Source: an uncultured Spirochaetaceae bacterium
GTDB taxonomy: Bacteria; Spirochaetota; Spirochaetia; DSM-27196; PWMO01
Direction of reading: 5' to 3'
NCBI GenBank assembly: GCA_964616245.1
Contig: CAZTRQ010000001.1
Location: 1-54,015 of the forward strand
DNA: 54,015 nt
Shown here: piece by piece, positions 25,382 to 34,537 of the stretch
Position numbering within the stretch: position 1 is the stretch's first letter
Layout of the letters: each line of letters opens with the position of its first letter
Program-made: the position numbers and the translations under genes
The notes under the pieces: generated by a model
Seen by the model: the letters and a program-made list of their open reading frames with translations, nothing else
Told to the model about the DNA's origin: nothing
Databases searched by the model: none

Positions 25382-27046
25382 TCAGTAGTCGAACCCGCTT
25401 TCTCCGATAAACTCCCGGAGAATCGAGTCGCTAGGAACGTTTCGCTCCGGGATGCCGACAAAATTATCGAGGAATCCCATCAGGCGGATCGCCTCGTGGT
25501 AGACGTCGTGGTGCGGCTTTACCATGGACAGAAGCGGCCAGGCGTAGTTTCTCAAGACCGCCAGCTCGTAATCGAGGGCCGAATTGAAGGCTACGTCGGC
25601 GGAATCCTGGTACGGGAAGATGTTACGGTTTTCGCCCCGGCGAACCGAGGGCCACATGTGCAGAGTATCTAAGGCGCTGTGGCCCCGGAACTGGTAGTCC
25701 CGGACCATTCGGCGGATAAGCCGGTTATCCGTGGTCGGGATCCGGTTGTGGTCGTCGAGGTTCAGTTGGGTTAACGCCGAAACGTAGACCTTGAACTTGT
25801 TCTCCGCGGTTATCCGGGGCGTTAGTTTGTCGTTTAGGCCGTGGATTCCCTCGAGAATCAAGATCCCGTTATCTGGTAGACGAATCGGGGTATCACTCGT
25901 AATCCGGCTCCCCGTCTTGAAGTCGAAGACCGGCATTCGAACCTCTCTCCCTTCAAACAGCTTTAAGAGCTGGTCGTTCAAGAGGGCGACGTCGATCGCC
26001 TCGAGGCTTTCAAAATCGTAGTTTCCCTCTTCGTCCCGGGGCGTTTGCTCGCGAGGAACGAAATAGTTGTCGAGGGCGACGCTTACCGGGATACGGCCTG
26101 CGGCCCGGAGCTGGATCTCGAGTTTCTTCGCGAAGGTCGTCTTGCCGGAAGAAGACGGACCGGCGATCAGAACTACCCGAACGTGGCTCTCGCTTACAAT
26201 TCGATCGCCGATCTCGGCGATCCGTTTGTTCTGAAGCGCTTCGGCGACCCGGATGAACTCCCGAATGCCGCCGGAGACCACGCGATCGTTTAACCGTCCG
26301 GCGGAGCCTACGTCGAGAATACGGCCCCACTCCTTATGCTCTTGATACACCGAGAAGAGGAGGGGGCTTCCCCGGAAGGTACCGAGCTCCCGTGGGCTTC
26401 CTTCTCCGCCGGGAAAGCGAAGGATAAAGCCACCCTCGTAGGTCTCTAAGGAGAAGGTCGAAAGGACCCCGGTTCTTGGCGCCAAGGGGCCGTGAGCCAG
26501 GTCCATGACGTCTCCACAACGGTAGACGGCTATCTTCGAAGCGTTTTGGTGCTCTACCAGAAGTGCCGTGTCGGCCATGCCACTGTCTTCGAAGTAGTCG
26601 ATCGCGTCCTCGTAGGCAAGGTGGCACCGGGTAATATCGAGGTCTTCTTCGACGAGGCCCCGCATCCGCTCTTCGACCCTCTCCAGCGTAGGGGGGGCAA
26701 CGGTCTGTTCCTCCCCGAGGGTATAGTAGTAGCTGTCACCAAGGCTGTGCCCGATAACAAGGCGGATCTCCGGCGCGACTTCGTGAAAAGCCATCGTCAG
26801 CAAAAAGCAGAGGCTCCGGCGGTATACCCGTCGGCCCTCGGTCGAGTCGATCGTAACCGGCTCGAGTCGGGCGTTTATCTCCAAAGGGTAGGAGAGGCTG
26901 GTAATCTCGTTGTTTACCCGCATCGCCATTAAGTTAATGTCCGCCGGATCGGTTCCCGCGGCCCTCATGGCCTCTGAGACGCGAATGCCCGCAAAGGCCG
27001 TAAACGGCCCCGCCGTTCCTAGATGATAGGTGATGTTCGTAGTCAT
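25382..27046 (-). CDS. fusion of a ThrRS-like N-terminal region (TGS plus degenerate N2/SAD editing-like domain) to a PRK/uridine-kinase-family P-loop kinase
   Basis: 554 aa. YRRSLCFLLTMAFHEVAPEIRLVIGHSLGDSYYYTL aligns with ThrRS RHSxAHxL..IGP..GFYYD, but the HxxxH histidines are lost. P-loop GPSSSGKTT and a Udk-like core (DNYF..YDFESLEAID). ATGA overlap with the upstream HD-GYP gene. Confidence 0.8.
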   Translation of the reverse strand: MTTNITYHLGTAGPFTAFAGIRVSEAMRAAGTDPADINLMAMRVNNEITSLSYPLEINARLEPVTIDSTEGRRVYRRSLCFLLTMAFHEVAPEIRLVIGHSLGDSYYYTLGEEQTVAPPTLERVEERMRGLVEEDLDITRCHLAYEDAIDYFEDSGMADTALLVEHQNASKIAVYRCGDVMDLAHGPLAPRTGVLSTFSLETYEGGFILRFPGGEGSPRELGTFRGSPLLFSVYQEHKEWGRILDVGSAGRLNDRVVSGGIREFIRVAEALQNKRIAEIGDRIVSESHVRVVLIAGPSSSGKTTFAKKLEIQLRAAGRIPVSVALDNYFVPREQTPRDEEGNYDFESLEAIDVALLNDQLLKLFEGREVRMPVFDFKTGSRITSDTPIRLPDNGILILEGIHGLNDKLTPRITAENKFKVYVSALTQLNLDDHNRIPTTDNRLIRRMVRDYQFRGHSALDTLHMWPSVRRGENRNIFPYQDSADVAFNSALDYELAVLRNYAWPLLSMVKPHHDVYHEAIRLMGFLDNFVGIPERNVPSDSILREFIGESGFDY

Positions 27047-28206
27047 GATCGTGGGTCGAGGAGCTCCTGACTCTCTTCCGGACTCAGGGTCCGGACTACC
27101 TTGTACTGCTCTTCTACGGTTCTGACACTCGGCTGGTCGGCGTACCGATGCCCTTCGGCGGACGCGATCAGTCGAACGATCGGAGCTCTGGGATTGTCAT
27201 TGTTGCTCTCGACCACCATTCCCCGATAGCCGTTGGTAAGCTCGACATAGGTTCCGAGGGGAAAGATCGACAAGTTGGCAATAAGAGCCCTCAAGACGTG
27301 TTCGTCGTATTTGGTTCCTCGGCCCTGGATCAGCTCGAGAATCGCCTGGTGGGGATCACCAGCCGGCCGGAAGGGCCGTTCGGCCGTCTGGGCGGCGTAG
27401 GAGCCGGCGACCGAGATTATCTTGGCGTACTGGGAGATCCGCTCGGCCGTAAGGCCCCGGGGGTATCCCGTACCGTCGAGGTTTTCTCGGCATTCGAGGA
27501 CCGCGAGACAGACGCTCAAAGGAAAGGAGTACTGCTTGAGAACCTTGAAGCCGAGCACCGTATGAGCAAGGATGGCCTTCCGCTCCTGGGGCGAAAGCTC
27601 TTTCGAAGACATATAGACCTGAGGGGGAAGTCGAATCATGCCGATTTCGTGGAGTATTGCCGCGGTACCGAGCTCGATAAGCTTGTGGGCCGGAATTCTC
27701 AAGGTGGCCCCAATCGCGGTACTCAAAATTGTTGTGCGCACGGAATGCTCTACGATGTAATTCTTGTCGAGGTTCCGCAGGGCGCTAAACCTCAAGAGGT
27801 ACTTTCTGTGCGACTTCACCATCTCGACGAGCTCTTTGATCCGTTCGGAGACGGTCCGCTGGGATAGCTCGTTCTTCGTGACAAAGTTGGTGAAGGTTTT
27901 CTCGGTAAAGCTGAGCATCTGGGCGTAGGTACTCTGGGCTTCCTTGAGGAGCTCCCGTTCTTTGACCCCCTGTTCTAGGTCGATAAGCGGGGCGTCTTCC
28001 GCAGCGTCGGTAATCGGGGCCGTCGGCGATTCGTCTACCGGATTCCCTTCGCAGAGAAGCGAGGCGTAGCCCCATTTAACCAGCCGATTCCGCAGCTCGT
28101 CCGTTAGCGGCGTCTCCGGCGACAAAAGGATATACTTCTCGTCGAGAAAGACAGGCTGAGTGAAGTACTTGCCGCTGGTGGCGTTCTGCAATGCTAGGCG
28201 GTTCAT
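27043..28206 (-). CDS. HD-GYP-domain protein with several metal-ligand substitutions (probably degenerate)
   Basis: The GYP motif is present (LDGTGYPRGL). However HD is HE (LHEIGM), HHE is CRE (LECRENLDG), and the later ADxFDA is AGSYAA. ATG 28206 (MNRLALQ) is chosen because the longer track ORF overlaps the divergent gene at 28270. Confidence 0.85.
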   Translation of the reverse strand: MNRLALQNATSGKYFTQPVFLDEKYILLSPETPLTDELRNRLVKWGYASLLCEGNPVDESPTAPITDAAEDAPLIDLEQGVKERELLKEAQSTYAQMLSFTEKTFTNFVTKNELSQRTVSERIKELVEMVKSHRKYLLRFSALRNLDKNYIVEHSVRTTILSTAIGATLRIPAHKLIELGTAAILHEIGMIRLPPQVYMSSKELSPQERKAILAHTVLGFKVLKQYSFPLSVCLAVLECRENLDGTGYPRGLTAERISQYAKIISVAGSYAAQTAERPFRPAGDPHQAILELIQGRGTKYDEHVLRALIANLSIFPLGTYVELTNGYRGMVVESNNDNPRAPIVRLIASAEGHRYADQPSVRTVEEQYKVVRTLSPEESQELLDPRS

Positions 28207-28216
28207 CCCGCTCCCG

Positions 28217-28245
28217 TTGACCCCCCATATCGTTTTACTTATGCT
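28217..28245 (+). promoter_or_regulatory. possible promoter TTGACC-N17-TATGCT for the divergent membrane-protein gene
   Basis: Motif match in the 63-nt divergent intergenic region. Confidence 0.35.
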
Positions 28246-28269
28246 AGCCCTATTATAGAGCACTTCACC

Positions 28270-29106
28270 ATGAAGTTTAAGATCATCTTCGTCGTCTTCA
28301 ATATCGTCATTGTCGTCTCCTTTCTCTTCATATTTTTTATGCCGGCGATAATTCTCGGTTGGGAGTACGGCCGTCTCTTCTGGTCGAGCAATTGGCTTCT
28401 TGGTGCCGCGTTTGTCGCGGTCCTCGGGGGACTCAACGCCTACTTTCTGTCGAACTGGAAACTCTTCGGCTACCTCGAGCGGGAGGAATGGTCGAGTCTG
28501 ATCGACTACCTCGAAGACCAGGTCTACCGGAAACGACGATTCAATCTCCAGCGGATACGCATCCTGATAAACGCGTACATCGTGTCTTCCAGGACAGAGG
28601 GTATTTCGAAACTGGAAGATTTCCTCCGGGCCGAGAAACCGGAGATTATTCCCCGGTTTTCCCTCGCTCTCGGGGTTCCTCACCTGCTTAGGAACGACCC
28701 GGTCGACATGGAGCTCTATTACGGGGAGTTAAAGGATAAGAAAGAGACCAAGGATCCGCGTTGGGTTCGCTGGAGCTACGCCTTTGCCTTGATGCTTGGA
28801 AAGAAGACGGAGCTGGCTCGGGACGAGCTCTTGAGTCTCGCCGACGAAGCGAAAGACCCTATCCTGCGTCTTCTGACTGCCTACCTCCTCGACGCCTACG
28901 CTACCCAGGATCAAGATGTTCGCAACATCGTGCTGGAAACCGTGCGGTCGATAACGAGGGAATACAGCGTGGGCTCTTGGCGCAAGGAAGTCGAACGACA
29001 GCGGAGCAATATCCAAATTGTCGTACTTTCCAAGCTGATCGACGACGCCACCGCCTGGGCCTTCGAAACCAGGAGCCCCGGCGGCTCCCCCGGCGCGGCA
29101 CTCTGA
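28270..29106 (+). CDS. hypothetical membrane protein (2 N-terminal TM helices plus a helical, TPR-like cytoplasmic region)
   Basis: 278 aa. N-terminus IIFVVFNIVIVVSFLFIFFMPAIILG, with coding-like composition. No family recognised. Confidence 0.65.
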   Translation: MKFKIIFVVFNIVIVVSFLFIFFMPAIILGWEYGRLFWSSNWLLGAAFVAVLGGLNAYFLSNWKLFGYLEREEWSSLIDYLEDQVYRKRRFNLQRIRILINAYIVSSRTEGISKLEDFLRAEKPEIIPRFSLALGVPHLLRNDPVDMELYYGELKDKKETKDPRWVRWSYAFALMLGKKTELARDELLSLADEAKDPILRLLTAYLLDAYATQDQDVRNIVLETVRSITREYSVGSWRKEVERQRSNIQIVVLSKLIDDATAWAFETRSPGGSPGAAL

Positions 29107-29139
29107 TATTCCGAGACTCTCGGTAACAAGGACAAAAAA

Positions 29140-30372
29140 GTGGCGGACACGATTAAACCCGGAACCTACATCAAGTCTCACAAATTGGACGAAGTCCTCT
29201 ACGACATCCGAGGCCCGGTTCTTTCCGAAGCCCAGCGTCTCGAGGAGGAGGGCTTCAAGGTCCTCAAACTAAACATCGGAAACCCCGCGCCCTTTGGCTT
29301 CGACGCCCCGGACGAGCTCTTCCACGACGTTATCGTGAACCTCCGGAACGCCCAGGGGTACAGCGACAGCAAGGGGCTCTTTAGCGCCCGAAAAGCCGTC
29401 ATGCAGGACTACCAGCAGAAAGGGATCCTCGGGGTCGAGATCGACGATATCTACATCGGCAACGGGGTCAGCGAGCTTATCGTCATGGCGATGCAGGGCC
29501 TTCTGAACGCCGGGGACGAGATTCTCGTCCCTTCCCCGGATTACCCGTTGTGGACCGCGGCGGTTACCCTCTCCGGGGGAAAGGCGATCCACTACCTCTG
29601 CGACGAGGCTTCCGACTGGGTTCCGGATATGGAAGACATCCGGGGCAAGATTACCAGCCGGACCAAGGGTATCGTCGTGATCAACCCGAACAACCCCACG
29701 GGAAGCGTTTATCCCCTCGAGATTCTCGAAGAGATTCACAAGACGGCGTACGAGCACGGCCTTATCGTTTTCGGGGACGAGATCTACGAGAAGATCACCT
29801 ACGACGAAGCCGAGCACGTAAGCCTGGCGACCATCTGCGACGACTTGTTCTGTGTAACCTTCAACGGGCTCTCGAAGGCGTACCGTGCCGCCGGTTTCCG
29901 GGCCGGATGGATGGTCATTTCGGGGCGGAAGATGCTCGGAAGCGACTACCGGGACGGCCTCGATCTCTTGGCCAACATGCGCCTCTGCTCGAACGTACCG
30001 GCTCAGTTCGCCATACAGGCGGCATTGGGCGGTTATCAAAGCGTCAAGGAGCTGGTCCTCCCCGGGGGACGCCTCTTCGAGCAGCGCAATCTCGCCCACC
30101 GGATGCTCAACGAGATTCCCGGGGTAAGCTGTACCCTTCCCAAGGGGGCGCTCTATCTCTTCCCGAAACTCGATCCGGGGCGCTTCGGGATTACCGACGA
30201 CGCCCGCTTCGTCTTCGACCTCTTGACCGAGACGAAGGTACTGGTGGTGCAGGGGAGCGGCTTCCACGCCGCGGATCAGCACCACTTCCGGATCGTCTTT
30301 CTTCCGGACACCAAGACCTTGTCGGCGGCGATCGAAGGGATCGCAGACTTTCTCTCCTGGTATCGACAGTAG
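29140..30372 (+). CDS. alaA: PLP-dependent aminotransferase, AlaA (glutamate-pyruvate) type
   Basis: LDEVLYDIRGPVLSEAQRLEEEGFKVLKLNIGNPAPFGFDAPDE..AQGYSDSKGLFSARKAV closely parallels my memory of E. coli AlaA. The PLP lysine is in FNGLSKAYRAAGFR. GTG start. Confidence 0.9.
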   Translation: MADTIKPGTYIKSHKLDEVLYDIRGPVLSEAQRLEEEGFKVLKLNIGNPAPFGFDAPDELFHDVIVNLRNAQGYSDSKGLFSARKAVMQDYQQKGILGVEIDDIYIGNGVSELIVMAMQGLLNAGDEILVPSPDYPLWTAAVTLSGGKAIHYLCDEASDWVPDMEDIRGKITSRTKGIVVINPNNPTGSVYPLEILEEIHKTAYEHGLIVFGDEIYEKITYDEAEHVSLATICDDLFCVTFNGLSKAYRAAGFRAGWMVISGRKMLGSDYRDGLDLLANMRLCSNVPAQFAIQAALGGYQSVKELVLPGGRLFEQRNLAHRMLNEIPGVSCTLPKGALYLFPKLDPGRFGITDDARFVFDLLTETKVLVVQGSGFHAADQHHFRIVFLPDTKTLSAAIEGIADFLSWYRQ

Positions 30373-30398
30373 GGCGCATCCCCCGGAACGAGCTCGCC

Positions 30399-30428
30399 TT
30401 GACCGCAGCCTCGGGGCATCGGTACAAT
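30399..30428 (+). promoter_or_regulatory. sigma70-like promoter TTGACC-N18-TACAAT upstream of gltX
   Basis: Hexamers at 30399-30404 and 30423-30428. AAGGA at 30439-30443 precedes ATG 30447. Confidence 0.5.
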
Positions 30429-30446
30429 GCGCGAGCACAAGGAAAT

Positions 30447-31922
30447 ATGAAGGTACGAGTACGATACGCGCCGTCCCCGACAGGTCTCCAACACATTGGA
30501 GGGGTCAGGACGGCCCTCTTTAACTACTTTTTTGCTCGCAGCGCCGGCGGCGCCTTTGTCCTCCGTATCGAGGATACGGACCAGGAGCGTTTCGATCCCC
30601 GGGCCCTCGAGGACATCTACGAGACCTTCGCCTGGCTCGGGATATCCTGGGACGAGGGGCCGGATGTCGGCGGTGACTACGGTCCCTACGTCCAGTCCGA
30701 GCGGGTGGAGCTCTACCGGAAGCACGCCGACCGGCTCGTCGACGCCGGAAAAGCCTACTGGGCCTACGATACCGCCGAAGAGCTCGAAGCAATGCGGGCC
30801 GCCCAGGGAGGAAAGGGGCCGGGGTACGACCGCCGGGGGCGCGACCGGAGCGCCGAGGAAAACGAGCGAAGAAAGGCCGACGGCGTCCCGGGGGTTGTGC
30901 GCTTTAAGGTGCCCCTCGAAGGCACGACCGAGACGCAGGATCTGGTCCTCGGCCGGATTAAGCGCAAGAACGCCGACATCCCGCCGGATCCGGTCCTCCT
31001 GAAATCCGACGGCTTTCCGACCTACCACCTTGCCAACGTCATCGACGATCATTCGATGGAGATAAGCCACATCCTCCGGGCCCAGGAGTGGGTCCCCTCG
31101 GCGGCCCTCCACGTGCAACTCTACCGCGCCTTCGGCTGGGAGCCGCCGCATTACTGTCACCTCCCGATGGTTCTCGGGAAGGACGGGCAGAAGCTCTCCA
31201 AACGCCACGGCGCCACCCAGGCCCTGGAGTTTCGAAAAGCAGGCTACCTCGCCGAAGCGGTTCTGAACTACGTCACCCTCCTCGGATGGTCCTACGACGA
31301 CAAGAGAGAGTTCTTCACCAAGTCCGAGCTCGAGGGGCTCTTCTCTCTGGAAAAGATCAACAAGGCGCCTGCGGTCTTCGACTACAAAAAGCTCGAATGG
31401 TTCAACGGCAACTACATCCGGGAGCTTTCTCCGGAAGAGCTCTACCGGCGGATACTCCCCTTCCTAGTCGGGGCGGAGTTGGTGTCGGACCCGCCGACCG
31501 AGGCAGAAGAAAACACAATTATGGGAGCACTCCCCTTGATCCACGAGCGGCTAAAGCTGCTCTCGGACGCCCCGGATCTCCTTCGCTTCATTCTCACCGA
31601 GCCGGCGACGGCACCGCCGGAAGAGTTTCTCGGCAAAAAGATGACCCTGACAGACGCCTACGAGTATCTTAAGATTGCTCGAGAGCTCATCGTCGACTTC
31701 GACTCCCGGACCCAGGAAGAAAACGAGGAGCTCTTCCGGCAGAAGGCCGAGGAAATCGACGCAAAAATCGGACAGCTCTTAACGCCCCTCCGGGTGGCTG
31801 TTACCGGTTCCAAGGTCTCACCGCCGCTCTTCGGCTCCATAGCACTCTTGGGAAGCGAGGCCGCCCTCCGGCGGGTCGACGCAGCCCTTACCATCCTGAA
31901 AAACGAGGAATTAGATGGCTGA
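30447..31922 (+). CDS. gltX: glutamyl-tRNA synthetase
   Basis: MKVRVRYAPSPTGLQHIGGVRTALFNY (HIGH motif) and KLSKRHG (KMSKS motif). The 790-aa track ORF is an in-frame upstream run-on that overlaps alaA. Confidence 0.95.
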   Translation: MKVRVRYAPSPTGLQHIGGVRTALFNYFFARSAGGAFVLRIEDTDQERFDPRALEDIYETFAWLGISWDEGPDVGGDYGPYVQSERVELYRKHADRLVDAGKAYWAYDTAEELEAMRAAQGGKGPGYDRRGRDRSAEENERRKADGVPGVVRFKVPLEGTTETQDLVLGRIKRKNADIPPDPVLLKSDGFPTYHLANVIDDHSMEISHILRAQEWVPSAALHVQLYRAFGWEPPHYCHLPMVLGKDGQKLSKRHGATQALEFRKAGYLAEAVLNYVTLLGWSYDDKREFFTKSELEGLFSLEKINKAPAVFDYKKLEWFNGNYIRELSPEELYRRILPFLVGAELVSDPPTEAEENTIMGALPLIHERLKLLSDAPDLLRFILTEPATAPPEEFLGKKMTLTDAYEYLKIARELIVDFDSRTQEENEELFRQKAEEIDAKIGQLLTPLRVAVTGSKVSPPLFGSIALLGSEAALRRVDAALTILKNEELDG

Positions 31923-33261
31923 ACAGGTTACCAACGATACAAAGACCATGGAGAGCATCGTCTCCCTCTGTAAGCGGCGAGGATTCGTCTTCCAGAGCTC
32001 CGATATCTACGGCGGGCTCTCTTCCGCGTGGGACTACGGTCCGATGGGCGTCGAGCTCAAGAACAACATCGAAGCCTTCTGGTGGAAGGAGATGACCCAG
32101 CTCCACGATAATATCGTGGGACTCGACGCGGCCATCATGATGCACCCTCGGGTCTGGGAGGCCTCGGGCCACGTCGAAAGCTTCTCCGACGTCATGGTCG
32201 AAGACACCGTAACCAACGAGCGTTACCGCCTCGACCTTCTGACCGAAGAACAGCAACGGACAATGACCAGTCCGAACGGCAACCCGCTTTCGGAGCCGAA
32301 GCAGTTTAATCTTATGTTCAAGACCCACCTTGGGCCCGTGGTGGATTCGGGGTCCGTCGTCTACCTCCGGCCGGAGACCGCCCAGGGTATCTACGTCAAC
32401 TACAAAAACGTCCTCCAGACCGCCCGGGTCCGAGTTCCCTTCGGGATCGCCCAGGTCGGAAAGGCCTTCCGCAACGAGATCGTCACCAAGAACTTTATCT
32501 TTAGGACCTGCGAGTTCGAGCAGATGGAGATGCAGTACTTCGTCCACCCTTCGGAAGACCAGAAATGGTTCGATTTCTGGAGGGAGGCGCGGATGGACTA
32601 CTACAAGCGAATGGGCGTCCGGCCGGAGAAGCTCCGGTGGCGGGAACACGGGCCCGACGAGCTCGCGCACTACGCCAAGGCGGCCTTCGACATCGAATAC
32701 GAGTTTCCCTTCGGGTGGAAGGAGCTCGAAGGCGTCCATAACCGGACCGACTTCGACTTAAAGCGCCACATGGAATACTCCGGGAAGGACCTGGAATACC
32801 TCGACGACCAGAGCCGGGAGCGCTACGCCCCCTACATTATCGAAACCTCCGCGGGGCTGACCCGGAGTGTGTTGATGGTCCTCGCGGACGCCTACGAGGA
32901 GCAGGAGATCGGCGAGAACGATGTTCGGACAGTGCTGCATCTTCATCCCCTGGTGGCTCCCGTAACCGTCGCGGTCTTTCCCTTAGTGAAGAAGGACGGC
33001 CTCGCGGAGAAGGCGCAGGAGATTCAGAAATCGTTGAAGGCTCACTTTATGACCTTCTACGATCAGAGCGGCGCCATAGGCCGGCGTTACCGTCGGCAGG
33101 ACGAAGTCGGCACGCCCTTCTGCGTTACCATCGACTACGAGACCATGGAGAAGGGCACGGTGACAGTTCGCCACCGTGACTCGATGGAACAGACCCGGGT
33201 TCCCGTCGACGAGCTGGTCCCGACCATTCGGGCGGCGATCGATGCCTACCGGCGAACCTGA
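31915..33261 (+). CDS. glyQS: glycyl-tRNA synthetase, single-chain alpha2 type
   Basis: LCKRRGFVFQSSDIYGGLSSAWDYGPMGVELKNNI..GKAFRNEI..FEQMEMQYF. The ATG overlaps the gltX stop by 8 nt (ATGGCTGA). Confidence 0.95.
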   Translation: MAEQVTNDTKTMESIVSLCKRRGFVFQSSDIYGGLSSAWDYGPMGVELKNNIEAFWWKEMTQLHDNIVGLDAAIMMHPRVWEASGHVESFSDVMVEDTVTNERYRLDLLTEEQQRTMTSPNGNPLSEPKQFNLMFKTHLGPVVDSGSVVYLRPETAQGIYVNYKNVLQTARVRVPFGIAQVGKAFRNEIVTKNFIFRTCEFEQMEMQYFVHPSEDQKWFDFWREARMDYYKRMGVRPEKLRWREHGPDELAHYAKAAFDIEYEFPFGWKELEGVHNRTDFDLKRHMEYSGKDLEYLDDQSRERYAPYIIETSAGLTRSVLMVLADAYEEQEIGENDVRTVLHLHPLVAPVTVAVFPLVKKDGLAEKAQEIQKSLKAHFMTFYDQSGAIGRRYRRQDEVGTPFCVTIDYETMEKGTVTVRHRDSMEQTRVPVDELVPTIRAAIDAYRRT

Positions 33262-33273
33262 GGCGTCGCAAAG

Positions 33274-34536
33274 ATGATTCTCCAAGAGCTCCGGGCTCGG
33301 GGTTTTTTCCAGCAGTGTACCGATTTCGAAGCCCTCGGAGCCGAGCTAGAGAAACAGCCGACCACGGCCTACGTCGGCGTAGATCCGACGGGTCCGAGCC
33401 TCCACGCCGGCCATCTGGTCCCGATCATGGCGATGATCCACCTTGCCCGAGCAGGGCACAAGCCGATTATCCTGATCGGTGGTGGCACCGCAAAAATCGG
33501 CGACCCCTCGGGGAAGACCGAGATGCGCAAGATGCAGACCGAAGAGACCATCGCCGGCAACGCCGCCGCGATCCAAAAGCAGATCGAGGATCTCTGCAGA
33601 AGCCTCGACGTGGAACTTACGTTTCTGAACAACGCCGAATGGCTCGACTCGCTGAATTACATCGCTTTTCTGCGGGATATCGGGCGCCACTTTTCGGTAA
33701 ACCGGATGCTCTCCTTCGAAACCTACAAGCGGCGATTGGAGACGGGCCTCTCCTTTATCGAGTTCAACTATCAACTGCTCCAGTCCTACGACTTTTTGGT
33801 GCTCCACGACCGGCACGGCTGCAGCCTCCAGGTAGGGGGGGACGACCAATGGGGCAATATCGTCGCCGGGGCGGACCTGATACGCCGAACTACCGGGGAC
33901 GACAACGTGTACGGACTGACCTTTCCCTTGGTCACCCGGGCCGACGGGAAGAAGATGGGCAAGACCGAGGAAGGCGCGGTATTCCTCGATCCGGTTCTCT
34001 TCCCGCCGTACGAGTTCTTCCAGTATTGGCGGAATGTACCGGATTCCGACGTCCGGCGCTTCCTCGCCCTCTATACTTTCCTTGCGATGGAGGAGATTGA
34101 CGAGCTTACCGGTGGCGCCGGGGGTTCGGGCGCCGGCGACATTAACCAGGCCAAAGAGCGCCTCGCCTTCGAGCTGACCCGGCTGATTCACGGTGAGACC
34201 GAGGCCACCGCGGCACGGGACGCGGCGAGGGCCGCCTTTACCGACGCCGCCGGCGGCGATCGCTCCGCGATTCCGGCGACCCCGGTCGACGCCGGAGAGC
34301 TCGACGGGGGAATAGCGGCTCTAGAGGTCTTTACCCGTTCGGGGCTTTCCGCCTCGAAATCCGAAGCCCGGCGGCTGATCCGCCAAGGGGGCGCCCGGAT
34401 CAACGACCGTAAGATCGAGAACGAGGAGACCCTTGTCGACGCGTCCTGGCTCGAATCCGGGGAGTTGCTCCTTCGGGCGGGAAAGAAGCGGTACCATCGG
34501 ATAGTTGTCGATTCGGAACAGACCGGCGGAAGGTAA
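33274..34536 (+). CDS. tyrS: tyrosyl-tRNA synthetase
   Basis: YVGVDPTGPSLHAGHLV (HIGH-type motif), KKMGKT (KMSKS-type motif), and a C-terminal S4-like domain (RRLIRQGGARINDRK). Confidence 0.95.
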   Translation: MILQELRARGFFQQCTDFEALGAELEKQPTTAYVGVDPTGPSLHAGHLVPIMAMIHLARAGHKPIILIGGGTAKIGDPSGKTEMRKMQTEETIAGNAAAIQKQIEDLCRSLDVELTFLNNAEWLDSLNYIAFLRDIGRHFSVNRMLSFETYKRRLETGLSFIEFNYQLLQSYDFLVLHDRHGCSLQVGGDDQWGNIVAGADLIRRTTGDDNVYGLTFPLVTRADGKKMGKTEEGAVFLDPVLFPPYEFFQYWRNVPDSDVRRFLALYTFLAMEEIDELTGGAGGSGAGDINQAKERLAFELTRLIHGETEATAARDAARAAFTDAAGGDRSAIPATPVDAGELDGGIAALEVFTRSGLSASKSEARRLIRQGGARINDRKIENEETLVDASWLESGELLLRAGKKRYHRIVVDSEQTGGR

Positions 34537-34537
34537 G

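Noticed and set aside
21028-28226. The shared TTGACCCCCC string in the clpS (21028) and membrane-protein (28217) promoter candidates, considered as a possible common regulatory motif.
   Set aside because: There are only two occurrences, and the similarity does not extend beyond the -35 hexamer plus a C-run. Chance in GC-rich DNA is the likely explanation.
28207-28683. 159-codon N-terminal extension of the HD-GYP ORF.
   Set aside because: It would overlap the divergent, hydrophobic, coding-looking membrane-protein gene starting at 28270. MNRLALQ at 28206 gives a normal-length protein and leaves a 63-nt divergent promoter region.
29269-30438. 389-aa ORF antisense to alaA, and similarly 30276-31208 antisense to gltX, 31888-32739 antisense to glyQS and 33346-34191 antisense to tyrS.
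   Set aside because: Each mirrors a strongly supported housekeeping gene on the other strand. None has recognisable domains, and all have biased Arg/Gly/Pro/Val composition.
29550-30446. 299-codon upstream extension of the gltX reading frame (the 790-aa track ORF).
   Set aside because: The extension overlaps alaA in another frame and is Arg/Gly/Pro-rich. gltX has its own promoter, its own Shine-Dalgarno, and ATG 30447 giving the canonical MKVRVRYAPSPTG N-terminus.
30373-30446. I looked for a T-box, attenuator or riboswitch leader upstream of the three-synthetase operon, and likewise upstream of alaA and the ABC importer.
   Set aside because: Only 74 nt are available, and most of it is occupied by the promoter and Shine-Dalgarno. 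I saw no specifier-loop or terminator/antiterminator architecture.
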